Positions 30,707 through 40,700 of a stretch of 64,000 nucleotides of DNA are shown here, one piece after another. Every line of letters starts with the position of its first letter. Position 1 is the first letter of the stretch. This stretch comes from Actinomycetes bacterium (lineage in GTDB: Bacteria > Actinomycetota > Thermoleophilia > UBA2241): NCBI GenBank assembly GCA_029547745.1, contig JAKPOQ010000004.1, forward strand, positions 70,432-134,431, given 5' to 3'. Made by a program: the position numbers and the translations under genes. The notes under the pieces were generated by a model. The model saw nothing but the letters and a program-made list of their open reading frames with translations, was not told where the DNA came from and did not search any database.

Positions 30707-32569
30707 GTGAACGAGAGTCCGAGGCGTGACCGGGAGGAGTGGCGGGCGCTGGTAAAGCGGCTGCCGCGTGAGCCCGGCGTCTATCGCTTTCGCGGCGAAG
30801 GCGGCGAGGTGCTCTACGTCGGCAAGGCGAAGGACCTCCGTGTGCGTGTGAGGTCGTACTTCCGCGCCGGGACGGTGCTGCACGGCCGGGTGGCGGAGAT
30901 GCTGCGCCAGGCCCGCGACCTCGACTGGGTGGTCTGTTCGTCCGAAGCCGAGGCGCTGCTGCTCGAGGACAATTTCGTCAAAGAGGCGCGGCCGCCGTTC
31001 AACGTGCGCCTGCGCGACGACAAGAGCTATCCGTCGATCGAGGTCACGCTGAGCGAGGAATGGCCGCGCCTGCGCTTCTATCGCGGGCCGCGCAAGCCGG
31101 GCAACTTGTACTTCGGGCCTTATCCCAATGCGCGCGCCGTGCGCGAGACCCTGGACCTCGTCGGCCGCATCTTCCCCTACCGCAAGTGCCGCGGCGCAAA
31201 GCCGGGGCGGTCAAGCGGCGCCCCCTGTCTGCAGTACTCCATCAAGCGGTCGCTGGCGCCCTGTGACGGACGCGTGGACCGTGAGACCTACCTCGGGGTC
31301 GTCGCGCAGGCGACCGACTTTCTCCGCGGCCGTCTGGGCGCGGTCGAACGGCAGCTCGAGGAAGAGATGGAGAGGGCGGCGGGCGAGCGCCGCTACGAGG
31401 TGGCGGCGGCCCTGCGTGACCGCCTCGCCGCAGTCCGCCAGGTGCGCGAACGACAGGCTATCCGGGTCGCCGACGAGACCGCCTTCGATGTGGTCGGCCT
31501 CAGCCGGCGGGAGCCGGGAGCGAACGTGCAGCTCTTCCGCGTCCGGGAGGGCAACGTCGTCGACCGGCAGAGCTTCTTCCTGGAGAACGCGGCCGGACGG
31601 GAGAGCGACGAGGTCCTCGAAGAGTTCCTCCTCGACTACTACTGGGAGGGAGCCGCGATCCCGGCCGAGATCATCGCCCCGCTCAGCGGCGATGCGGCGG
31701 GGCTCGCGCAGGTGCTGAGCGAGCGGCGCGGGGCCCAGGTGGATCTGCGCCCCGCGCGCCGGGGGGCCAAGCTGCGCCTGCTCGAAATGGCCGCCCACAA
31801 CGCTGATTTGGCGGCGGCGGAAGAGGCCGAGCGGCTCGCCCGTCGCGAGCCCGAGCGCCAGGCGGCGCTCGCTCGCCTGGGCGAGGCTCTCGGCCTGCCG
31901 CGCCTGCCGCTGCGGATCGAAGGCTACGACATCTCCAATCTCGGCGAGGAGGACGCGGTCGGGGCGATGGTGGTGTTCGAAGGCGGACGGCCGCGGCGCA
32001 GCCACTATAGGCGGTTCGCGATCCGTACCGTGGCGGGGCAGGACGACTTCGCGATGTTGGCCGAAGTCGTGGCGCGCCGTTTCGAGCGTCAGGCTCACTC
32101 TCAGGGAGAGGCGGACGACGAGAGCTTCGCCGCCACGCCGGACCTGATCGTCGTCGACGGCGGCAAGGGGCAGCTCGCCGCCGTGAGCGGGGTCCTTCGG
32201 GAGCGGGCCGTCGGCGTGCCGGCCGTCGCCCTCGCCAAACAGCAGGAGGAGGTCTTCGCGAGCGCTCACGGGAATGCCCTCGCGCTGGCGGCGGACGACC
32301 CGGCCGTGCTCTTGCTCCGTCGTCTGCGCGACGAGGCGCATCGGTTTGCGATCACCTATCACCGTCGTCGCCGGCAGGCCGAGCTGCACGCGTCGCCCGC
32401 CCTGGCCAGTCTGCCCCAGGTCGGACCCGTCCGGCGTCGGCGCCTCCTCCAGTACTTCGGCAGCCCCGAACGGGTGCTCAATGCCAGTCGGGAGGAGCTC
32501 GAACGAGTGCCGGGGGTGCCGCGCAAGGTCGCTCGGGAGGTCTACGCCCATCTTCACAAGACCGGTTGA
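30707..32569 (+). CDS. uvrC: excinuclease ABC subunit C
   Basis: PGVY...YVGKAKDLR GIY-YIG, YDISN, VDGGKGQL, RDEAHRFA, HhH; GTG 7 nt after TACAAT (leaderless). Confidence 0.97.
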   Translation: MNESPRRDREEWRALVKRLPREPGVYRFRGEGGEVLYVGKAKDLRVRVRSYFRAGTVLHGRVAEMLRQARDLDWVVCSSEAEALLLEDNFVKEARPPFNVRLRDDKSYPSIEVTLSEEWPRLRFYRGPRKPGNLYFGPYPNARAVRETLDLVGRIFPYRKCRGAKPGRSSGAPCLQYSIKRSLAPCDGRVDRETYLGVVAQATDFLRGRLGAVERQLEEEMERAAGERRYEVAAALRDRLAAVRQVRERQAIRVADETAFDVVGLSRREPGANVQLFRVREGNVVDRQSFFLENAAGRESDEVLEEFLLDYYWEGAAIPAEIIAPLSGDAAGLAQVLSERRGAQVDLRPARRGAKLRLLEMAAHNADLAAAEEAERLARREPERQAALARLGEALGLPRLPLRIEGYDISNLGEEDAVGAMVVFEGGRPRRSHYRRFAIRTVAGQDDFAMLAEVVARRFERQAHSQGEADDESFAATPDLIVVDGGKGQLAAVSGVLRERAVGVPAVALAKQQEEVFASAHGNALALAADDPAVLLLRRLRDEAHRFAITYHRRRRQAELHASPALASLPQVGPVRRRRLLQYFGSPERVLNASREELERVPGVPRKVAREVYAHLHKTG

Positions 32570-32579
32570 TCTGCGGACC

Positions 32580-33083
32580 TTGGACCTGCCTGAGCTCACC
32601 TGGGAGGGTTACGTGACCCCGTACGGGATCGGCCTGCTGGCTCGGGCCGACGACCTGCCGCTGTGCCTCGAGTTGCCGGCGGCAGGCCGTCGGCCGATCC
32701 CGTCGCCGGCAGGGGCGAGCGCCTGGCGATCACGCCTGGAGCGGTACTTCGCGGGGCAGCCGGTCGATTTCGAGCTCGACCTCGGCGCTTTCGCCGCCGC
32801 CTGGCGGCTGACACCGTTCCAGACGGCCGTGTACGCAGCCCTCGCCCGTCTGCCTTACGGTGTGGCGGTGAGCTATCGGGACCTCGCGACTGCAGCCGGC
32901 CGCCCTCGCGCCTGGCGAGCCGTCGGCACGGCCCTGGCGGCGAATCCGCTGCCCATAATCCTCCCCTGTCACCGGGTGGTGCGGAACGACGGTCGGCTGG
33001 GTGAGTACGGCGGCCGGCCTGAGTGGAAGGCCCGCCTGCTGCGCCTCGAGGGCCTGACTGTCGGCGACGGGAGGCTGTCTTGA
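32580..33083 (+). CDS. ogt: methylated-DNA--protein-cysteine methyltransferase
   Basis: TPFQ, RAVGTALAANP, active-site PCHRV; start uncertain. Confidence 0.9.
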   Translation: MDLPELTWEGYVTPYGIGLLARADDLPLCLELPAAGRRPIPSPAGASAWRSRLERYFAGQPVDFELDLGAFAAAWRLTPFQTAVYAALARLPYGVAVSYRDLATAAGRPRAWRAVGTALAANPLPIILPCHRVVRNDGRLGEYGGRPEWKARLLRLEGLTVGDGRLS

Positions 33084-33091
33084 ACGGAGCC

Positions 33092-33952
33092 ATGCAGTTC
33101 GTGATCATCACCGGCCTCTCGGGCGCGGGCAAGTCCCAGGCCATCGACTCGTTCGAGGACGCCGGCTATTTCTGCGTCGACAACCTTCCGCCCGAGCTGG
33201 TGCCGACGCTCGTCGACCTCTTCCGTCGCGAGGGCAGCAAGGTAGACCGTGTGGCCATCGTCAGCGACGTGCGCGGCGGCGAGTACTTCGGTCGTCTGGA
33301 GCATGTGCTCGACGAGCTTCACGAGCGCGGCGTCGAGCACACCATCGTCTTCCTCGAAGCCTCGAACGAAGCTCTCGTACGGCGCTTCAAGGAGACACGG
33401 CGAAGGCATCCGGCCGCCGAGGGCGGCAGAGTGATCGACGGCATCCGCCGCGAGCGTCGGCTGCTGGCGCCGCTGCGCGAACGCGCCACCCTCGTGATCG
33501 ACACGAGCGACATCTCGATCCACGAGCTCAAGGCGCGGCTCAACCGGGACATCATCCAGCACTCGCGGCGCACCAACATCGTCTTCGCCGTCGTGTCGTT
33601 CGGGTACAAGTACGGCATCCCCATAGATGCGGACCTGCTCTTCGACGTGCGCTTCCTGCCCAACCCTCACTACCGACTGCGCCTGCGACCGCTGACAGGC
33701 CTGGACGACGAGGTGCGCGAGTTCGTCATGCGCTCGCCGGAGACATCCGAGTACCTTGAGCGACTGTTCGGTCTGCTCGACTTCCTGTTCCCGCGTTACG
33801 CGGCCGAGGGCAAGGCGCACCTGACCATCGGCGTCGGGTGCACGGGGGGTCGTCACCGCTCGGTGACCGTCGCCCAGCTCATCGGCGAGCGCTACGAGAA
33901 GCAGGGCTACTACACCATCGTACGGCACCGCGACATCGCCAGGGACGCGTGA
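33092..33952 (+). CDS. rapZ: RNase adapter RapZ/YvcJ
   Basis: TGLSGAGKS, VDNLP, SFGYKYGIP, DVRFLPNP, GCTGGRHRS. Confidence 0.96.
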   Translation: MQFVIITGLSGAGKSQAIDSFEDAGYFCVDNLPPELVPTLVDLFRREGSKVDRVAIVSDVRGGEYFGRLEHVLDELHERGVEHTIVFLEASNEALVRRFKETRRRHPAAEGGRVIDGIRRERRLLAPLRERATLVIDTSDISIHELKARLNRDIIQHSRRTNIVFAVVSFGYKYGIPIDADLLFDVRFLPNPHYRLRLRPLTGLDDEVREFVMRSPETSEYLERLFGLLDFLFPRYAAEGKAHLTIGVGCTGGRHRSVTVAQLIGERYEKQGYYTIVRHRDIARDA

Positions 33953-33986
33953 ACGGCGCTGTCGCCGCCACCGCACCAGAGGCCCG

Positions 33987-35237
33987 ATGACGTTCCGTCA
34001 CGTTGACTGGCTATATCCCGGGATCGGCCTCAAGCGGTGGCTGGCGCTGGCCACCGGTGGCGGCCTGGCGCTCGTCTATTCGCTCGCCGTCCTGGCCGGC
34101 GTGGCGTGGTCGGACGATCTGATGCGTGGACTCGGCTGGGGCGCCATGACCGACCGCCGCCTGGCCGCCGCGGTGCTGGCCCTCGACGGCGTCGTCGTGG
34201 GGACGGCCGCGCTGGCCGTCGGGGCGCGCCGCGTCTGGCTCTGGCGGCGCACGAACCCAGAGACGGCGAGCGAGATCCGCGCCAGTACGAGGCTCGCCCG
34301 CGGTCCCCGCATCGCCGCCGTGGGCGGCGGCAACGGCCTCGCAGCGCTCCTGTCCGGTCTCAAGGCCCGGACCAGCAACATCACCGCCGTCGTGACGATG
34401 GCCGACGACGGCGGCAGCTCCGGGCGCCTGCGGCGCGACATGGGGTTGCCGCCGCCCGGCGACATCCGCAACTGCCTCGTCGCCCTGGCCGACGACGAGT
34501 CGCTCATGTCACGGCTGTTCCAGTATCGCTTCGCCGACGGCGGCCTCGAAGGCCACAGCTTCGGCAACCTGTTCGTCGCCGCGCTCGCCGAGGTGACGGG
34601 CGACTTCGAGCGCGCCGTGCAGGAGTCGACCCGGGTGCTCAAGGTCCGCGGCCGCGTCTTGCCCTCGACCCTGGACGACGTCGTGCTGCATGCGCAACTC
34701 GAGGACGGCGGCCTGGTCAGCGGCGAGAGTACGATCACGGCGTGCGACCGCCTTCCGCGCCGCGTCTGGCTGACGCCCGAGGAGCCGCATGCCCTGCCCC
34801 AGGCGGTCGATGCCGTGCTGCGCGCCGACATGGTCGTCCTTGGCCCTGGGAGTCTCTACACGAGCGTCGTGCCGAACGTCCTCATCCCGGTCGTCCGCGA
34901 TGCGCTCGCGCGCACGCGGGGCTGGGTCGTGTACGTATGCAACGTGATGACCGAACCTGGTGAGACCGACGGTTACACGGCCGGCGACCACCTCGAGGCG
35001 CTCTATCGTCACGGCCTCGCCGGCATGGTCGACATCGTGATGGTCAACGACGGTCCGGTGACGGGGGACTCGGCGGCGGCCTACGAGCGCGCCGGGGCCA
35101 CCCCCGTCGCCGTCGACGAGGAGCGCCTCGCGACGATGGGTGTGCGCGTCGTGCGCGGGGACTTCGCCCAGATGGGGCAGGCGGTGCGTCACGACCCCGT
35201 GCGGCTCAGCGACGCCCTCCTCCGGATCCTGCGCTAG
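33987..35237 (+). CDS. yvcK: gluconeogenesis factor YvcK/GlmR (CuvA) family
   Basis: GGGNGL, DDGGSSGRLR, PPGDIRN, GPGSLYTS, RHDP; sits between rapZ and whiA. Confidence 0.93.
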   Translation: MTFRHVDWLYPGIGLKRWLALATGGGLALVYSLAVLAGVAWSDDLMRGLGWGAMTDRRLAAAVLALDGVVVGTAALAVGARRVWLWRRTNPETASEIRASTRLARGPRIAAVGGGNGLAALLSGLKARTSNITAVVTMADDGGSSGRLRRDMGLPPPGDIRNCLVALADDESLMSRLFQYRFADGGLEGHSFGNLFVAALAEVTGDFERAVQESTRVLKVRGRVLPSTLDDVVLHAQLEDGGLVSGESTITACDRLPRRVWLTPEEPHALPQAVDAVLRADMVVLGPGSLYTSVVPNVLIPVVRDALARTRGWVVYVCNVMTEPGETDGYTAGDHLEALYRHGLAGMVDIVMVNDGPVTGDSAAAYERAGATPVAVDEERLATMGVRVVRGDFAQMGQAVRHDPVRLSDALLRILR

Positions 35238-35244
35238 ACGGGAC

Positions 35245-36171
35245 GTGGCCTTCAGCCGGGACGTGAAGCGCGAACTGGCGGCGATCGTGCCGTCGGAGGG
35301 GCACTGTCGGCGCGCCCAGCTCTCGGGCCTGCTGTTCGGCGCCGGCACCTTCTCGATGGGCGCTGGCGGCCGCATCGCGGTGCGCGTCACGGTCTCTCTG
35401 CCGGCCGTCGCTCGCAACGCTCTCGCCTTGCTCAGGCCGTACGAGGCCGAGGCTGAGTTGCGCACGGTGAGCTCGTCGCCCGGCGGCCGCCGCTACGAGG
35501 TCGTGCTCGGCGGCGAGCCGGACCTCCAGCTCCTGAACGAGGCCGGCGTGCTTTCCGACGCGATGCAGCTTCACCTGGCGGCGCCGGGGCGGATCGTCGA
35601 GCGCCGCTGCTGCGTCGTCGCCTTTGTGCGCGGCCTCTTCCAGGGCTGCGGCACGCTGTCGTCGCCGGGGGCCCCCGTCCATGTCGAGTTCACCCTGGCC
35701 GGCGAGGAGCTGGCGGCGCAGACGCAGACCCTGCTCGCCCGTGTCGGTCTCGACTTCAGGCTGGCGCGCAGGGGACGGAACGTCGCCTGCTACAGCAAGC
35801 GCTCGGACACCGCCGCCGACCTTCTCGCCGTGCTCGGCGCGCATGATGCCCGCTTGCGCTGGGAGGAGCAGGCGGTGGTGGGTGAGATGCGCGGCCGTGC
35901 GAACCGGCTGGCGAACTGCGACGAGGCCAACGCGCGCCGCGCGGCGGCGGCCGGCGAACGCCAGGCCGCCGCCGCGCGGCGCCTGAGGGCCTCGTCCGTC
36001 TGGGAGACCATGCCGGCCGCGCTGCGGCAGGCGGCGGACCTGCGCCTCGAGCACCCCTACCTGAGTCTCGGCGAGCTCGCCGCCGCCGCCGACCCGCCGT
36101 TGAGCAGGTCGGCCCTGAACCGTCGCCTTCGCCGCGTCGTGGAGCTCGGCGAGGCCGTCGCCCCGCCCTGA
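35245..36171 (+). CDS. whiA: DNA-binding protein WhiA
   Basis: FSRDVKREL, NRLANCDEAN, LRLEHPYLSLGEL, SRSALNRRLRR. Confidence 0.93.
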   Translation: MAFSRDVKRELAAIVPSEGHCRRAQLSGLLFGAGTFSMGAGGRIAVRVTVSLPAVARNALALLRPYEAEAELRTVSSSPGGRRYEVVLGGEPDLQLLNEAGVLSDAMQLHLAAPGRIVERRCCVVAFVRGLFQGCGTLSSPGAPVHVEFTLAGEELAAQTQTLLARVGLDFRLARRGRNVACYSKRSDTAADLLAVLGAHDARLRWEEQAVVGEMRGRANRLANCDEANARRAAAAGERQAAAARRLRASSVWETMPAALRQAADLRLEHPYLSLGELAAAADPPLSRSALNRRLRRVVELGEAVAPP

Positions 36172-36260
36172 TGTGCGCGAGGCGCGCCGCCGCCCTGATG
36201 CGCGCCACCGCCCTGGTGTTACGCGTAAGCCGTGCCGCCGCCTCTGCCTGAGGTCGACCG

Positions 36261-36298
36261 GTCAACCGGGGACGGTGGGCGGGCCGTCCCCGGTTGAC
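36261..36298. terminator. 15-bp hairpin between convergent whiA and GAPDH-like gene
   Basis: gtcaaccggggacgg-N8-ccgtccccggttgac. Confidence 0.65.
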
Positions 36299-36307
36299 GG
36301 CCGCGCG

Positions 36308-37537
36308 TCACATGCTCCTGGCGACGTGCGTGGTCAGCTCGCCCAGGCGGTGCGTGTAGCTTCCCATCTCGTTGTCGTACCAGCCGAAGATCTTGACGTG
36401 CGTGAGCGGGATGCGGACCGTGTCGCCCTTGGCGCCGCTGGCGCAGGCCGACGGGAGGGTGAGGTCCATGAACCCCGTCCGCGAATGCGTCTCGGCGGCC
36501 TCGATCACCACGGCGGCGTCCTCGGCGAGCATGTCGGCGGAAACGTTCTGCTCCTCCGTGTACTTGAGCAGGCCCTTGGCCTCGCCCTCCGCCGCCTCCC
36601 TGTAGATGGCGTTGACGGCGTCACGGCCGAGCGTGACCGTGCCATCCGGCAGGGCCTCGCTCTGGAAAGTGACGTTGAGGATGATGAGGCTGACGGTGTT
36701 CGTCGGGATACGCACCGAATCGGCCATGAAGCCGATGCGGGCGATCTCGGGCATGACGAGCTCGAGGGCCGCGGCGGCGTTGGTCGAGGTCAGGATGACG
36801 TTGCCCATGGCGCCGCGACTCTTGCGCAGGTCGGTGGCGCCGGCCTTGGGTACCGCGTCGAGCACCGGCTGCGATGGGGTCACGGCGTGGACGGTGCTCA
36901 TGCCCGCCGTGATCATGCGTCGCGTCGGCTCGCGCTCGAGGAGCGGCCGCATCATGTGGGCCAGCGCCGTCGTCGTGCAGGACGCGGCCGACACCAGCTT
37001 GTGTCGCGCCGGGTCGAAGTCGAACTCGTTGATGCCGTTGATGAAGAGGCCGGCGTCGTCGGGCAGGGGAGCGCCCTTCTTGGCCTTGAAGGCCGAGCTG
37101 TTCAGGACGACCCGCGCGCCGGCGGCGAGATGGCCGCGGATCGACCCTTTGGGGTCGTCGGCCTCCGCGTGCGGGTCGCGGAACTTGCCCGTGCAGTCCA
37201 CGACCACCGCGACCTCCTGCTCGCGCCAGGCGATGTCCTTCGGGTCGCGCGCCTCGCGCAGGATGACGAGCTCCTTGCCGTAGGCCGTGATGAGGCCGCC
37301 CTCCTCGTCGACCACGCGGACGTCCGGCCTGCCGGATTGGCCGTAGAGGAAACGGTGCAGGGCGCCGTAGGTCGAGTCCTTGGCGATGTACTGGGCGAGC
37401 GCGTCGAGGGACGTGCCCACCTGACGACCGACGTTGATCACGATGCGGTCGAAGTCGTCGTGTCCGAGGTGATGCCACAGCGTCAGCTTGCCGATGCGGC
37501 CGAGCCCGTTGATGCCGAGTGTCCGTTGCCCACCCAT
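36308..37537 (-). CDS. atypical GAPDH-family protein (409 aa)
   Basis: GINGLGRIG, DSTYG, VDCTG, ASCTTTAL, TVHAVT, RIPT, GWYDNE; several insertions relative to the canonical gap at 42128. Confidence 0.9.
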   Translation of the reverse strand: MGGQRTLGINGLGRIGKLTLWHHLGHDDFDRIVINVGRQVGTSLDALAQYIAKDSTYGALHRFLYGQSGRPDVRVVDEEGGLITAYGKELVILREARDPKDIAWREQEVAVVVDCTGKFRDPHAEADDPKGSIRGHLAAGARVVLNSSAFKAKKGAPLPDDAGLFINGINEFDFDPARHKLVSAASCTTTALAHMMRPLLEREPTRRMITAGMSTVHAVTPSQPVLDAVPKAGATDLRKSRGAMGNVILTSTNAAAALELVMPEIARIGFMADSVRIPTNTVSLIILNVTFQSEALPDGTVTLGRDAVNAIYREAAEGEAKGLLKYTEEQNVSADMLAEDAAVVIEAAETHSRTGFMDLTLPSACASGAKGDTVRIPLTHVKIFGWYDNEMGSYTHRLGELTTHVARSM

Positions 37538-37739
37538 CGCTCTCGATCCCCTCTCTGGTCGACTTGTGGCGCGCGATCGCTGCGCCCCGCGGCAGGTCCG
37601 CGTCGCCGGCTGTGCAGCCGGCGACGCGGACCATGGTAGCGCAGCCCCCGCGCGCCCGGCCATGCCGGAACGGCGCACCTGCGCAGCGAGCATGGGCCCG
37701 TCCGGCGGGCGTCGCCACCGGGGTATCATTGACGGTATC

Positions 37740-40700
37740 GTGAGGACATCACAGCTGCCTTTCGAGTCCGACGCCCTGCGCGCCAACATCGCCACCACGG
37801 CGCAGGAGGTGGTGATCCCCGAGCGCTATGCGCCGCTCGTGGAGGCCGTCGCCGGCCTGCACGGTGTGCGCGCGACGCTCGTCGACACTCTGAGCGAGTA
37901 CTTCCACGGCTTCCGCAACGTCGATCTGCTGGTCGACGGGTTCCAGACCATCGTCCTTCGCAACTGGCCCTACTTCGAGCGCTCGCCGGACCGTGCTCTG
38001 CTCTTCGGCCTGCTCGGCGAGCTCATGGTGCAGCTCCTCGACGAGGACCTGACGGAGGAGCAGGCGTCGCCCCTGCTGCGCGCCCTGCTGCTCTGGGCGA
38101 CGGAAGCGCTGAAGGGGAGCCACGGCGAGGCCTACGAAGAGACGCTGCGCGGCCTGGCCCCGGACCTGTCGCGATTGCTCGACCGGTACCGGCGGTCCTT
38201 CCTCGAGCGGGACGTCCTTGTACGCAACCTTGTCGAGCAGGCCGTGCCACGGGCCGCCCTGGCGGCCCCGTTCCTCGAGCTGTATCGGAAGGTCCTCGTC
38301 GCCGCCTACGGCGTCGTCCGTGACCGCCTCGACGTTCCCGGCTGGGTCGACACCCAGGGCGGAGGGCTCACCGACCCGGGCGCCGTGGCCCGGCGGTTCT
38401 CATGGCTCGCGCGGCGGCGCACGACCGACCTCGTCCGCGCCGCCGAACGGGCTCCGGCGGAGACCCTGCTCTCGCCCCGGTTCCCCCTGTTCTCCGAGAT
38501 CGCGCAACGGGCGATCGACGAGCTTTTCCACATCGAGAACCTGGAGGACCGGTTCGCGGTATGCCTCTTCTTCCTCAAGGACCAGACTCTCGGCTACCGC
38601 CAGAAGGAGGTCATGGCCGACCTCCTCGACGTCGTGCGGCAGTTGATGCGCCCCGACCGGCACACCGACGCCGAGACCATCCTCACGCGCCTCACGGCTT
38701 TCTTCCGTGGTCGCGAGGACGAGTTCCTCCTCGCGCGGTTCCAGTGTTACGAGGCCATCGGCGTGGCCATCGGCGAGGCGGGCAACGTGCGCGCCGCCGA
38801 CCACCTCATCGAGGACATCCTGTACTGGCAGTTCCAATACCCGGACATCCGCGGCGCGACCGACGAGTGGGAGACCGTGGTCAACCCCTACCACCTGCCG
38901 AAGATCCGCTGCTGGATGCACATCATCGAATCGAACCCGGCGCTCTTCGAGCGGCTCGCCGCGGCGCTCAACGTCCAGCTCCGCCTCGGCGGCGTCTACA
39001 TCGCCGACACCGACCTCTTCCAGCGCGACGTGACCCGCTTCCTCAACGCGGACATCAGGCCGATCTACTTCGTCGCCAAGCAGCTCCTGCGGGCGTTCCC
39101 GGTGTACTTCAGCGAGGTGGGCGCCGAGGGCGAGCTGCGTTCCGTCTCGACCGAGATCGACGAGGTCTGCGGGCGCCACGACTCGCTCATGCACTTCCTG
39201 CGCAAACAGGTGCACGCCGAGTCGTCGAACCGGCTCGTCGCGTTCAGTCGCGCCGTCCTCGTGTACTGGCTCAGCCTCGACCCGTCGGGGCTCGAGCCGT
39301 TCGTCTCGGAGAGCACGATGGCTGCCGTGCGCCGCGAGCTCGACTGGGCGCGCGGCCCGCACGCCACGCTGCACGCCCTGCGGCGACGGCTCATGCCGCG
39401 CATCGGCGTCGCCGACGGCGGTCGCCCCGACGACGGCGGTCGCTCCGACGGCGGCGGGCGGGGGGACGGGGCGGGGCGCGGCGGCCACCGCGCCCGGGCG
39501 CGCGCGGACGCGGAGCAGGAGGTCGACGCGTTCCTCGACCGGCTCCTTGCGCTGACGCCGGACGAGCTCGCCGCCGAGCTGTCGCAGATAGGGGACGGGC
39601 AGGGCGACGACGGCGGCGCGATCGACGACGTCCAGCGCCGCCGCGTCGCCCTGCTCGTGCGTACATACCAGCTCCTCGCCCGCAAGTACTCCTTCACGGC
39701 CGACGACGTCGGTCCCGCGGTGGCTCGTCACACTCAGCTCGAGGCGAAGGTGCGCGAGCGCTTCGCCGACGCGCTCGCGGCCTGGCAGAGGCGCCCGACG
39801 GCCTACGCGCGGGACAGGCTGCTCGACGCCGCGCTCTCCGTCCTCGAGGCGCTCAAGGCCATCATCTTGAGCGCCGAGGTCTCGACCCCGACCGAGAACA
39901 TCTACCAGAAGCGCCACATCGCCGCCGGCATCCCGTCGATCTACGGGAACTACAGCGAGCCCAAGTTCGACGCCCTTGGCCTCTCGTTTCGCGTCGAGAA
40001 CCTGGCCGGGCGCCTGCTCGAGGACCTTGTCGCCGAGGGCGTCGAACAGTACGTGACGCGCGACTCGCTGCGGCGCATGAGCCGGGCGATCCGGCGCTTC
40101 GAACGTGCGCTGGCCGTCGACGGCGTCGACTCGCGCGCCCTCGACGCCAACCTGAGCATGCTCGAGGCGAGCTTCGCGAGTCGCAACTTCACCTTCCACC
40201 AGTACCAGAACGTCTTCCAGTTCCTCGCCCAGAGCGTCACCGAGCTCTCCACGCGGTCGGTGCTCAGCCACGAGCAGGTCCTGCACGCCGTGCTCGTCAA
40301 CGACCCCCGGCAGTGCGAGGCGCGGGGCATGTCGGTCGACGCCGTCGCCGAGATGGTCCTGCGCGAGGTGCTGGTGTCGGCGCTCGGCATGCAGACGCTC
40401 GACCGCTACGTCGGGGCGGCCTTGCGCCAGATCTCGATGCTCAACGGACGGCTTGACAACCGCGCCCTGACGCGCATGATGAACTACGACCCCGAACGTC
40501 TGATGTCGCCGCTGCACCGCCCCCGGCCGGCGACCGACGATCAGCGCACGCTGGGCTTCAAGGGACTGGGCCTCAAGCAGATGGCGGCCTACGGCCATCG
40601 CGTCCCCGAGGGGTTCGTCGTCACCACGGAGCTCTTCCAGGCGATGCCGGCGATGTCGTACGCGCCGCTCTACGACGAGACCATCGAGCGCATCCGTCAC

